The notes below the pieces were generated by a model. The model was not told the origin of the DNA, did not search any database, and was given only the letters and a program-made list of their open reading frames with translations. Below are positions 7,750 to 15,955 of a stretch of DNA of 32,000 nucleotides, in pieces (position 1 is the stretch's first letter; each line of letters begins with the position of its first letter). The stretch spans positions 1,980,001 to 2,012,000 of the forward strand of contig NC_014729.1 of assembly GCF_000172995.2 (NCBI RefSeq). The letters are read 5' to 3'. A program made the position numbers and the translations under genes. Origin of the DNA: Halogeometricum borinquense DSM 11551. GTDB lineage: Archaea; Halobacteriota; Halobacteria; Halobacteriales; Haloferacaceae.

Positions 7750-10700
7750 ATGGGGGGACTCCACCGAGGAACAATGGCTACCGACGACGGCGCGTCCTCG
7801 CCCGTCCGACAGGATTCGGACGGCGACGACGAGGGCGCGTTGGAGGGGGAGGTCGACGGTGACCGGGTAGCCCTCGAAGGTAACGTCGCACCGGGGGGCG
7901 CGACGGCCGAAGGGGGAGACGCGGACACGCCGAACGGTGACGCTAGCGGCGGCCCAACGGTCGCAGTTGGTGCGTACACGTGGGCACATTTCCTCGACGA
8001 ATTCGGGGAAGACGGCGACGTCACGTCGCTCTACCGCGGTCACGATCCGCGGGAGACCCGCGAACGACCCGGCAGTTCCCGTTGGGACGACGCCGACGAG
8101 GACGAACCAACCACTCCAACGCGACCGACGCGCGACGATTGGCAAAACGTCAGTCTCGACCCGACGGACGAGCAGTATCTGGGCCACCACCCCGTCGAGA
8201 CGGAGGACGAAATCGAAACGGCCGCGAGCGAAGCAAAGCGCATCCAGTCGGCCTTCGAGGAGTTCTGCGATCCCGAGACGACGCCCGTCGTCAAAGATGT
8301 CTGGATGTGGGAGCACTACAAGCGCGAGGACTACTACGAGGACGACGGCAGTCGTCCCCGCGACGAAGACGGTGAGATTGACCGCTTCGACGCCGAAGCG
8401 GCGCTCGGATTCGACCCGTCGGTCATCGAGAACGCGCTCGCGCGCGGTTCCCACCGTGCCGACGAGCTAGACGACGTTATCGAGGAACGCACCGTCAACG
8501 TCAACGAGGAGTTAGACGAGGATGCGTTCTTCTCCGACAGTCACGGCGCGACGACCGCGGCGAATCGCTACGACCTCGAAAAGGCCGTTCCGATGGAGAA
8601 GAAGACGCACTTCCGCGAAGTCGAGCGCTACTGGGTCAACAAACCCCACTCGTTCGTCGTCATCTTCCACTCTGACAAGGAAAACGAGAAGAAATACTAC
8701 GTGGTCGAACCGTACCAGAACAGAATTGAACGGGATCTCGCGGAGTTCCTGACCGGAAAGCTGCGGACTGCGATCAAGTACAACGACGAGAGCACCATCG
8801 GAACGGGCGACGGAACGCGACGGCGTGTCATCGAACAGCAGTCGCTCGAACTTCTCGAACGGTACGACCTGTACGACCCCGGTCCCGACGGCTACAGCGA
8901 CGCACTGTCACTTGCACCCGACCCTACTGAACCGACCGAAGAACCCGAACCCGGTGCCGTCGCCGGACTGTTCACCCGCCTTGGACTCGGCGGCGAGGAT
9001 GCCGCGACAGACGGCGGGAAGGCTTCGCGCGACGGATCACTCGGCACGTTCGCACGTCGTCTAGGGCTGAGCGAGGAGTCGTTCGGCGGCCGACTCGGCA
9101 GTCTCTTCGCGGATCCGCCCCGTGATGACCCCGGACTCGACGGAATCGCCGCGCGTCCCGAACCCGCCGTTCTCGCGGACGACGATGCGACGCTGACGGA
9201 GTACCAAGTCGAGAAGTTACTCTACGTTCTCCGCCGAGACTTCATCGGCTACGAGCGAATCGACGGCATCAAACACGACATCAACGTCGAGGACATCTCC
9301 TGCGACGGCTACAACTCGCCGGTGTTCGTCTACCACTCCGATTACGAGCAGATCATCTCGAACGTCGTCCACGCGGAGACTGAACTGGACGACTTCGTCG
9401 TCAAACTCGCCCAACGCTCCGGAAAGGGAATCTCAAAGCGCCGCCCGCAGGTGGACGCGACGCTTCCCGACGGGTCGCGCGCGCAACTCACCCTCGGTCG
9501 AGAGGTGTCCGACCACGGAACGAACTACACCATCCGGCAGTTCAAAGACGTGCCGTTCACGCCCATCGACCTCGTGAACTGGAACACGTTCTCCTTAGAG
9601 GAGATGGCGTTCCTGTGGCTCTGCATCGAGAACCACAAGTCGCTCATCTTCGCGGGCGGGACGGCTTCGGGGAAAACCACGTCGCTGAACGCGGTGTCGC
9701 TTTTCATCCCGTCGAACTCGAAAATCGTCTCCATCGAGGACACCCGCGAGGTAGAACTCCCACAGCGGAACTGGATCGCCTCCGTCACTCGGCCGTCGTT
9801 CTCCGACGACGACAAGGGCGACGTGGACGAGTTCGACCTCCTTGAGGCGGCACTGCGGCAACGCCCCGACTACATCGTCATGGGCGAGATTCGCGGCGAG
9901 GAGGGCCGGACGCTGTTTCAGGTGATGTCCACCGGGCACACGACGTACACGACGTTCCACGCCGACAGCGTCGGTGAGGTGCTCAAGCGCTTTACGACGG
10001 ATCCGATCAACGTCTCGAAGACGATGTTCACGGCGCTCGATCTGGTGTCCATCCAGACCTCCACGCGCGTGCAGGGCAACAAGGTCCGCCGGAACAAATC
10101 ACTGACCGAGATAAACCACTACGACCCCGAGAACGACGAGATAAACGTCCAAGACATCTACCAGTGGCAGGCTGAGACCGACGAATTCCTACAGATGGGG
10201 TCGTCGAACACGCTGGAGGAGATCCGATTCGACCGCGGGTGGACCGAGGACCGTCTCCAACACGAACTGTTCGTGCGGCAGGTCGTCCTCGCATACCTCA
10301 TCGACCGCGGCCTCAACACGTACACGCAGGTGGCCGCGACGCTACAGGCGTTCATCAACGATTCCGACACCATCCTGACGCTGATGGCCGAGGACGACCT
10401 CGAACGGAGCCTCGAAGATCTCCGGGAGATGGAATCGGTTCACATCAACGTTGACCCAGAGAAGGAAGACATGGTTCCGCGCCCCGATCCGCCGGAGGAC
10501 GTTCTCAAACTCTGTCGAGACATTCTTGCCCGCGCCGAGGAGGAACTGTTCCCCGACTACCGCGGGAAGGACGCCGACGAGGTTGCGGACGCGCTCCGGC
10601 ATATCGCCGACGAACCCGACGTGAGCGCACGATACGAGGACCACGCAGAACTCGATGCCTTGGACGAAGCGACGCGTGCGGGACCAGAACTCGACGCAGG

Positions 10701-11142
10701 TGAGGATGGCCCATCGGAACTTGACGCGGGCGATGATGGCCCATCGGAACTCGGCGCAGGCGTAGACGACGGGCCAGGTGAATTGGAGGGCAACGACACG
10801 CCCGCGTTAGATGCTGGGACGAGCGATGACGGCACGGAAGAAGACGAGACCACGGGCGAAGTTACAGACGGCAGTGACCCCGAAGCCGACCTCAGAGGCA
10901 GTGACGACGAGGATTTCGGCATCGAAGAGCTCCTCGGAGAAGATGTCTCCGAGGAGTTAGAAGAGGACGGGTGGGGATTCGGCGAGTTCGAGAACGCCGA
11001 CCCCGAGGATACGGTAAATAACGACACAGTAAGCGAGGATACTGGCCGCGGCGACGCCGCGCGCGGCAAGGACGGTGAGAGCGACGCTGATCACGAAAGC
11101 GGCGACTACGAAGGCGACGAGCCATCCGAGGGAGGCGAGTAG
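7750..11142 (+). CDS. Type II/IV secretion system ATPase (archaeal PilB/FlaI/VirB11-like), giant acidic form
   Basis: ORF 7747-11142 (TTG 7747, ATG 7750, ATG 7774 all in frame). FlaI-type N-domain (REVERYWVNKPHSFVVIFH...YYVVEPY). Walker A FAGGTASGKTTSLNA (about 9655-9681), Asp/Walker B region RPDYIVMGEIRGEEGRTLFQ, His box TGHTTYTTFHA. Confidence 0.9.
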   Translation: MGGLHRGTMATDDGASSPVRQDSDGDDEGALEGEVDGDRVALEGNVAPGGATAEGGDADTPNGDASGGPTVAVGAYTWAHFLDEFGEDGDVTSLYRGHDPRETRERPGSSRWDDADEDEPTTPTRPTRDDWQNVSLDPTDEQYLGHHPVETEDEIETAASEAKRIQSAFEEFCDPETTPVVKDVWMWEHYKREDYYEDDGSRPRDEDGEIDRFDAEAALGFDPSVIENALARGSHRADELDDVIEERTVNVNEELDEDAFFSDSHGATTAANRYDLEKAVPMEKKTHFREVERYWVNKPHSFVVIFHSDKENEKKYYVVEPYQNRIERDLAEFLTGKLRTAIKYNDESTIGTGDGTRRRVIEQQSLELLERYDLYDPGPDGYSDALSLAPDPTEPTEEPEPGAVAGLFTRLGLGGEDAATDGGKASRDGSLGTFARRLGLSEESFGGRLGSLFADPPRDDPGLDGIAARPEPAVLADDDATLTEYQVEKLLYVLRRDFIGYERIDGIKHDINVEDISCDGYNSPVFVYHSDYEQIISNVVHAETELDDFVVKLAQRSGKGISKRRPQVDATLPDGSRAQLTLGREVSDHGTNYTIRQFKDVPFTPIDLVNWNTFSLEEMAFLWLCIENHKSLIFAGGTASGKTTSLNAVSLFIPSNSKIVSIEDTREVELPQRNWIASVTRPSFSDDDKGDVDEFDLLEAALRQRPDYIVMGEIRGEEGRTLFQVMSTGHTTYTTFHADSVGEVLKRFTTDPINVSKTMFTALDLVSIQTSTRVQGNKVRRNKSLTEINHYDPENDEINVQDIYQWQAETDEFLQMGSSNTLEEIRFDRGWTEDRLQHELFVRQVVLAYLIDRGLNTYTQVAATLQAFINDSDTILTLMAEDDLERSLEDLREMESVHINVDPEKEDMVPRPDPPEDVLKLCRDILARAEEELFPDYRGKDADEVADALRHIADEPDVSARYEDHAELDALDEATRAGPELDAGEDGPSELDAGDDGPSELGAGVDDGPGELEGNDTPALDAGTSDDGTEEDETTGEVTDGSDPEADLRGSDDEDFGIEELLGEDVSEELEEDGWGFGEFENADPEDTVNNDTVSEDTGRGDAARGKDGESDADHESGDYEGDEPSEGGE
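10705..10764 (+). repeat. In-frame 30-bp tandem duplication in the ATPase acidic tail (DGPSELDAGD / DGPSELGAGV)
   Basis: GATGGCCCATCGGAACTTGACGCGGGCGAT followed by GATGGCCCATCGGAACTCGGCGCAGGCGTA. More degenerate copies flank it (GPELDAGE, DGPGELEGN). Confidence 0.8.
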
Positions 11143-13191
11143 ATGAGCCTCGACTCGCCTACATCTGGGGGACTCGACCGCAGTTCCGACACACTCGGCG
11201 ACGCGTTCTATCCCCTGTTCCGCCTGCTGTTCGACGAGGACGGCGACTTCGTGAGCGACGTCGAACGGAAACTCGAACAGGCGCGGATGCCCGCGACGGT
11301 GGAGTTGTATCTCTCGCACGCCCTCGCAGTCGGTGTCCTCGCTGGTGGATTGCTCTGGCTTCTCGGCTCACTCATCGGTTACGCGATGTTCGCATTCGGC
11401 CTCGTTTCGGCGGAGACGCTCAGTCTCGGCATTCCGACGCCGGATGCACAGACGGCCGCGTTCTTGGAGTCGCTGACGATGCCGTTCGGTGTTCTCGTCT
11501 CCGGACTCGTCTTCGGCAGTATCGGGTTCGCCCTCGGATTCGGGACGCTAGTCGCCGTTCCGTTCTCGAAAGCGTCGAGTCGCAAGCGGGAGATAAACAT
11601 GCTTCTGCCCGACGCTATCTCGTTCATGTACGCCCTGTCGGTGGGCGGACTGAACCAACTTGAGATTCTGGAGGCGATGGGACGCGCCGAGGACACCTAC
11701 GGCGAAGTCGCCCGCGAGTTCCAAAGTATCGTTCAAGAGACGGAGTATTTCGGGACCGACTACCGCAACGCCATCCGCGATCAAGCGATGGTGACGCCGT
11801 CGGACGAACTTTCGCAGTTCCTGACGGACATGCTCTCTATCGTTAACTCCGGCGGCAATATGGAGCAGTTCTTAGACGACAAGAAGGAGAAACACCTGCG
11901 AACCGCAAAGCAGGAACAGGAGATGACGTTGGAGACGCTGGAACTGTTCGGCGAGATGTACATGACGCTCTCGCTGTTTCCGCTGCTTCTCATCATCATC
12001 CTCGTCATCATGAGCATGCTCGGGCAGGCCCAGCAGTCACTGCTCTACGCGACGGTGTACGGCCTGATCCCACTCACCGGTGTCGGCTTTCTCGTCCTCG
12101 TTTCGACGGTGAAACAGGACGAACCCGGTGACGGCTATCTCCAACCAGCGGAGTCGCCTGATCGACTCGAGCAGAGCCACAGAGAGGGGCTGGTTCACAT
12201 GGGGCTGATCGAGGATTTCACCGGCGAGTTCCGCCTCTTCGACCGTATCCACTCGCGCGAGGGGACGTACAAAACGAAGGAACTGCTCGAAAACCCGCAC
12301 CTGTTCTTCCGAGATAACCCGCTTTACACGCTCGTTCTCACCGTCCCTGCGGCAACCGTGTTTGTCTTGACCGCCGTTATCGGCGGGGCCGCACCGCTCT
12401 CGTGGGACGCAATGTTGAACCAACCCATCTGGGGGACGTTCGTCTGGTGGTACATCCCCGCCTACGTGATCGGCATCCCGCTTGCGTTCTTCCACAGTTG
12501 GAACAACCGCTCTCGGCAAGCGGTCGTCGGCAAACTCTCGGAGAACCTCAGGAAGCTATCCAGTGCGAACGATACCGGCCAGACGCTATTGGAGTCGGTC
12601 AAAACAGTCTCCGATACGTCCTCTGGCAAACTCGCAGACGAGTTCGAGGTGATGCACGCGAAGGTTAACTACGGCATGAGCCTCCGCTCGGCGCTCGTTG
12701 AATTCAACAACAAGTACCACATCCCGCGACTGGCCCGGACGGTGAAACTCATCTCGAAAGCGCAGGAGGCATCGAGTCAGATTACGGACGTGCTATCGAC
12801 GGCGGCGCAGGCATCCGAGAACCAAGACGACATCGAGCGCGAACGGAAGTCACGAACGCGGATGCAGGTCGCTATCATCCTGATGACGTATCTGACGCTG
12901 CTCGCCGTGATGGCCATCCTGAAGACGCAGTTCCTCGATGTGATGGCCGGTCTTACATCGCAGGCGAGTGCGAGCAGTTCGGGGTCGCAGGCCGTTCAAG
13001 GCGGACCGAGTTTCGGCGGGGCCGTGGATACGGCGATGCTCTCGCTTTTGTTCCTCCACGCGGTGACGCTGCAAGCCGCCCTCTCGGGGTTCATCAGCGG
13101 CTACATCCGCAGTGCCGACATCATCTCGGGCGTCAAGTTCGTCGTCATTCTCCAGACGATTGCACTCGCGGTGTGGGCGGTGGTTGGATGA
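11143..13191 (+). CDS. Type II secretion system F-family polytopic membrane protein (PilC/TadC/FlaJ-like platform)
   Basis: The start ATG directly abuts the ATPase stop (TAGATG). 682 aa with two blocks of cytoplasmic helical domain plus TM clusters (LLPDAISFMYALSVGG...; HIPRLARTVKLISKAQEAS...), as in archaeal FlaJ/TadC. Confidence 0.9.
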   Translation: MSLDSPTSGGLDRSSDTLGDAFYPLFRLLFDEDGDFVSDVERKLEQARMPATVELYLSHALAVGVLAGGLLWLLGSLIGYAMFAFGLVSAETLSLGIPTPDAQTAAFLESLTMPFGVLVSGLVFGSIGFALGFGTLVAVPFSKASSRKREINMLLPDAISFMYALSVGGLNQLEILEAMGRAEDTYGEVAREFQSIVQETEYFGTDYRNAIRDQAMVTPSDELSQFLTDMLSIVNSGGNMEQFLDDKKEKHLRTAKQEQEMTLETLELFGEMYMTLSLFPLLLIIILVIMSMLGQAQQSLLYATVYGLIPLTGVGFLVLVSTVKQDEPGDGYLQPAESPDRLEQSHREGLVHMGLIEDFTGEFRLFDRIHSREGTYKTKELLENPHLFFRDNPLYTLVLTVPAATVFVLTAVIGGAAPLSWDAMLNQPIWGTFVWWYIPAYVIGIPLAFFHSWNNRSRQAVVGKLSENLRKLSSANDTGQTLLESVKTVSDTSSGKLADEFEVMHAKVNYGMSLRSALVEFNNKYHIPRLARTVKLISKAQEASSQITDVLSTAAQASENQDDIERERKSRTRMQVAIILMTYLTLLAVMAILKTQFLDVMAGLTSQASASSSGSQAVQGGPSFGGAVDTAMLSLLFLHAVTLQAALSGFISGYIRSADIISGVKFVVILQTIALAVWAVVG

Positions 13192-13748
13192 CCAGCGGGC
13201 GTGGGCGCGAAACCGAACGCGAATGCAGACACGAGCGCAAGCAGGAACACGAGCGAGCACAGACGACGATGGATTTCACCGTCGGCATCAGTATCTTTCT
13301 GCTCGTCGTCGTGTTCGTCGTGGCGTTCGTTCCCGGTATTTTCGAACCGTTCGAGGGAGCCGACCAAACGCAGACGGCAGACCGCCTCGGAACCAGTCTC
13401 GCAAGCGACGCCCTCGGTGAACCGGGGACGCCCGCCGCGTTGAACGCGACGTGTACATGGTCGTTCTTCAGACAGATGCAGACCGGAACCGACACGACCG
13501 CAGACTGTGGGTTCGATGCGACGACAGATACCGTCGCGGCGACGCTCGGAGTGACCGATGTAGCGGTGAACGTCACCGTCTTCGACGACGGGGCGGTGGC
13601 CGAACTCGACTCGCCGGACGGCATCGCGGGCACGAAGCGCGAACTCCGCGCTGGCCCGCCCGTCCCGACGAGTCGGGGCGTGGCGACGGCGCGCCGCGCT
13701 GTCCTGTTAGACGACCGGACGCGACAACTGGTGGTGAGAGTATGGTGA
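13188..13748 (+). CDS. Pilin-like protein 1 (class III signal peptide)
   Basis: ATGA overlap with the platform gene stop. N-terminus ...HERAQTTMDFTVGISIFLLVVVFVVAFV is a charged n-region, an R-A/Q cleavage-type motif and a hydrophobic helix. ATG 13269 is an alternative start. Confidence 0.65.
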   Translation: MTSGRGRETERECRHERKQEHERAQTTMDFTVGISIFLLVVVFVVAFVPGIFEPFEGADQTQTADRLGTSLASDALGEPGTPAALNATCTWSFFRQMQTGTDTTADCGFDATTDTVAATLGVTDVAVNVTVFDDGAVAELDSPDGIAGTKRELRAGPPVPTSRGVATARRAVLLDDRTRQLVVRVW

Positions 13749-14404
13749 GTCCGGATCGACGCGGTGAGAGGAGAATGAAATCGGACCGACGCGCTGAGAG
13801 TCGGGCGAGGTCGGACAGACGGGGACAGGCCCACACGCTCGAAGCTATCGCCGCGAGTATCTTACTGCTTTCCAGCATCGCCTTCGCGTTGCAGGTGACC
13901 GCCGTCACGCCGTTGACCGGGAGTACGTCCAACCAGCGAATCGAGGATCATCAGTCCACTCTCGCGGAGGACGTTCTCGCCTCGCAGTCGGCCAACGAGA
14001 CGCTCAAGGCAGGATTGCTGTACTGGAACGAGTCGGAACGAAACTGGCACGGCGCGCAGTGGGACGGGTACCACGACGGCGCACCGGAGAATATTTCACT
14101 CGGACAAGCGCTCAACGATGCCCTTCTCGACCGCGGGGTCGCGTACAACCTGAACGTCTACTTCTGGCGCAACGACCAGCGGATTCGAGAGCAGGTGGTC
14201 TATCTCGGAGAACCGAGCGACCACGCCTCGGTCGCGACGTGGACAGTCACACTGTACGACGACGATAGACTCAGAGACGCAGACGGCAATCTGACGGCGA
14301 CGACGCTCTCGGACGCCGAAGATGCGTACTTCGCGCCGGACATCGAACCGGACGGCGCGGTGTACAACGTCGTGGTCGTGGAGGTGGTGACGTGGCGGAT
14401 GTAA
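13742..14404 (+). CDS. Pilin-like protein 2 (class III signal peptide)
   Basis: ATGGTGA overlap with the previous stop. ...SDRRGQAHTLEAIAASILLLSSIAFALQV has an RG/Q motif plus a hydrophobic helix. The remainder is soluble and acidic with N-x-S/T sequons. Confidence 0.65.
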   Translation: MVSPDRRGERRMKSDRRAESRARSDRRGQAHTLEAIAASILLLSSIAFALQVTAVTPLTGSTSNQRIEDHQSTLAEDVLASQSANETLKAGLLYWNESERNWHGAQWDGYHDGAPENISLGQALNDALLDRGVAYNLNVYFWRNDQRIREQVVYLGEPSDHASVATWTVTLYDDDRLRDADGNLTATTLSDAEDAYFAPDIEPDGAVYNVVVVEVVTWRM

Positions 14405-15381
14405 GGCGGGACGACCGGGGACAACTCCTGCTTGTCACCGCCTTGGCGATGGCGACGCTGTTCGTCGTCCTCGCGCTTCTCGTGAACACGACCATCTACA
14501 CCGGCAACGTCGCCAGCAGGTCCGACGTGAGCGAGTCGGCGCACGTCATCAACTATCGCTCCGAAGCCGTCGAAGCCGCCGGGAGCGCCGTTGGATACGC
14601 CAACCGACACGATAACGAGTCGTCACCCGACGTAGACGCCGCGTACATCGCTCTAAACGATTCACTCCGGCGAAGCGTCGCCAACTGGAGCGATACCACC
14701 GCCGCTCACGGCGCACTTTCGGGAACCGCAACTGAGATGCAGGTCATCACGGTGCAGAACGGGACACGAATCGCACAGACGGACTCCTCGCGGAACCTGT
14801 CGAGTCCGACCGGGGCGACGACGTGGTCACCGGTGACGGACGCGGCAGGCATCCGCGGCCCGGAGATGCGGCTTGCGACGGCCGACCTCGCGGCGGTGAG
14901 CGACGACGGCGACGACGTGGGACAACTGGTCGCAGACGGCTCGTTCCGCGTGAATATCACTGAGACGGACGGCGAGGTCCGGTCACTGTTCGTGTACGAA
15001 CGGAACGACGGCGACGTGGGCGTAACTGTCCGCTCTCCCGGCGGGACCGTACGAACGTGCCATGCGGCGGCCGATGGACTGACGACGCTGAATGCTCGGG
15101 CGGCGACGTTCGAGAACGAGTCGTGCCCGGCGCTCCGGGCGTTTGACAGAGCGGATGACGCGTTCGAGGTGTCGTTCGTCGCCGCGCAGAACGCCGTCGG
15201 CACGTACTCGTTCGCCGTAGATCAGCGAGCGGACGGCACGTCCGTCGCACCGTCGCTCTCGCTCGATTCCGGGATGCCGTTCTACACCGCGGCCATCTAC
15301 ACCGCGGACGTGAACGTCACGTATCGTAGTCCGGACACGTACTACAACGCCACGGTGGAGGTGCCGAATGCGAGCGTCTAA
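14392..15381 (+). CDS. Pilin-like protein 3 (class III signal peptide), 329 aa
   Basis: GTG start overlapping the previous stop by 13 nt. (M)ADVRRDDRGQLLLVTALAMATLFVVLALLV. Many N-x-S/T sequons. Confidence 0.7.
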   Translation: MADVRRDDRGQLLLVTALAMATLFVVLALLVNTTIYTGNVASRSDVSESAHVINYRSEAVEAAGSAVGYANRHDNESSPDVDAAYIALNDSLRRSVANWSDTTAAHGALSGTATEMQVITVQNGTRIAQTDSSRNLSSPTGATTWSPVTDAAGIRGPEMRLATADLAAVSDDGDDVGQLVADGSFRVNITETDGEVRSLFVYERNDGDVGVTVRSPGGTVRTCHAAADGLTTLNARAATFENESCPALRAFDRADDAFEVSFVAAQNAVGTYSFAVDQRADGTSVAPSLSLDSGMPFYTAAIYTADVNVTYRSPDTYYNATVEVPNASV

Positions 15382-15955
15382 GAGGAACCGGGGTGTTTCA
15401 ACGACGCTCGGATACGTCCTGACGCTGTCGATCACTGCTGTTCTCGTCTCGGGCCTGCTGATCGGGACGGGACAGTACGTTGACGACCAGCGACGACAGG
15501 TCGCAGACCGAGAGCTATCGGTTCTCTCGGAGCGAATCGCCGCCCGAACCGCCGACATCGACCGTATGGTCCGCGCCGGTGACGGAACGAACGAGGTTCG
15601 CGTCAGAATCGACTTACCGCGGACCGTCGCCGGGGAGTCGTATCGAATCGAGGTGAGCGAACCGACGGTGACGACGCCGCGGACGCACGATATCATGCTC
15701 ACCACGGGGCAGACGGACCAGGCCGTAACCGTCTCGCTCCGAACCGGTCTCGATATCGAAGCGGCGAGCCTCTCCGGTGGGAATCTCGTCGTCGTCTACA
15801 ATCCGGCGGACGGACGGCTCTCGTTCGAGTCCGGTGATACCGTTTCACCTGCAGTACTCGCACCGTCGCTCACACCGTCTCAGAGACCGTCGCTAACACG
15901 ATCACTGACACCATCGCTGCCGGGTCGTTCAAGCGCCCCCGGAGGTGGCGTCTAA
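15368..15955 (+). CDS. Pilin-like protein 4 (class III signal peptide), 195 aa
   Basis: The ATG overlaps the previous gene by 14 nt. MRASKRNRGVSTTLGYVLTLSITAVLVSGLL. Ser/Thr/Pro-rich repetitive C-terminal tail. Confidence 0.7.
   Translation: MRASKRNRGVSTTLGYVLTLSITAVLVSGLLIGTGQYVDDQRRQVADRELSVLSERIAARTADIDRMVRAGDGTNEVRVRIDLPRTVAGESYRIEVSEPTVTTPRTHDIMLTTGQTDQAVTVSLRTGLDIEAASLSGGNLVVVYNPADGRLSFESGDTVSPAVLAPSLTPSQRPSLTRSLTPSLPGRSSAPGGGV

Noticed and set aside
7641-8454. Minus-strand ORFs (127 aa and 259 aa) at the start of the ATPase gene
   Set aside because: They are antisense to the acidic N-terminal extension of the ATPase. An Asp/Glu-rich sense strand automatically gives open Ser/Val/Arg-rich antisense frames. 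No motifs are present, and the 5' ends run into the AT-rich spacer without start context.
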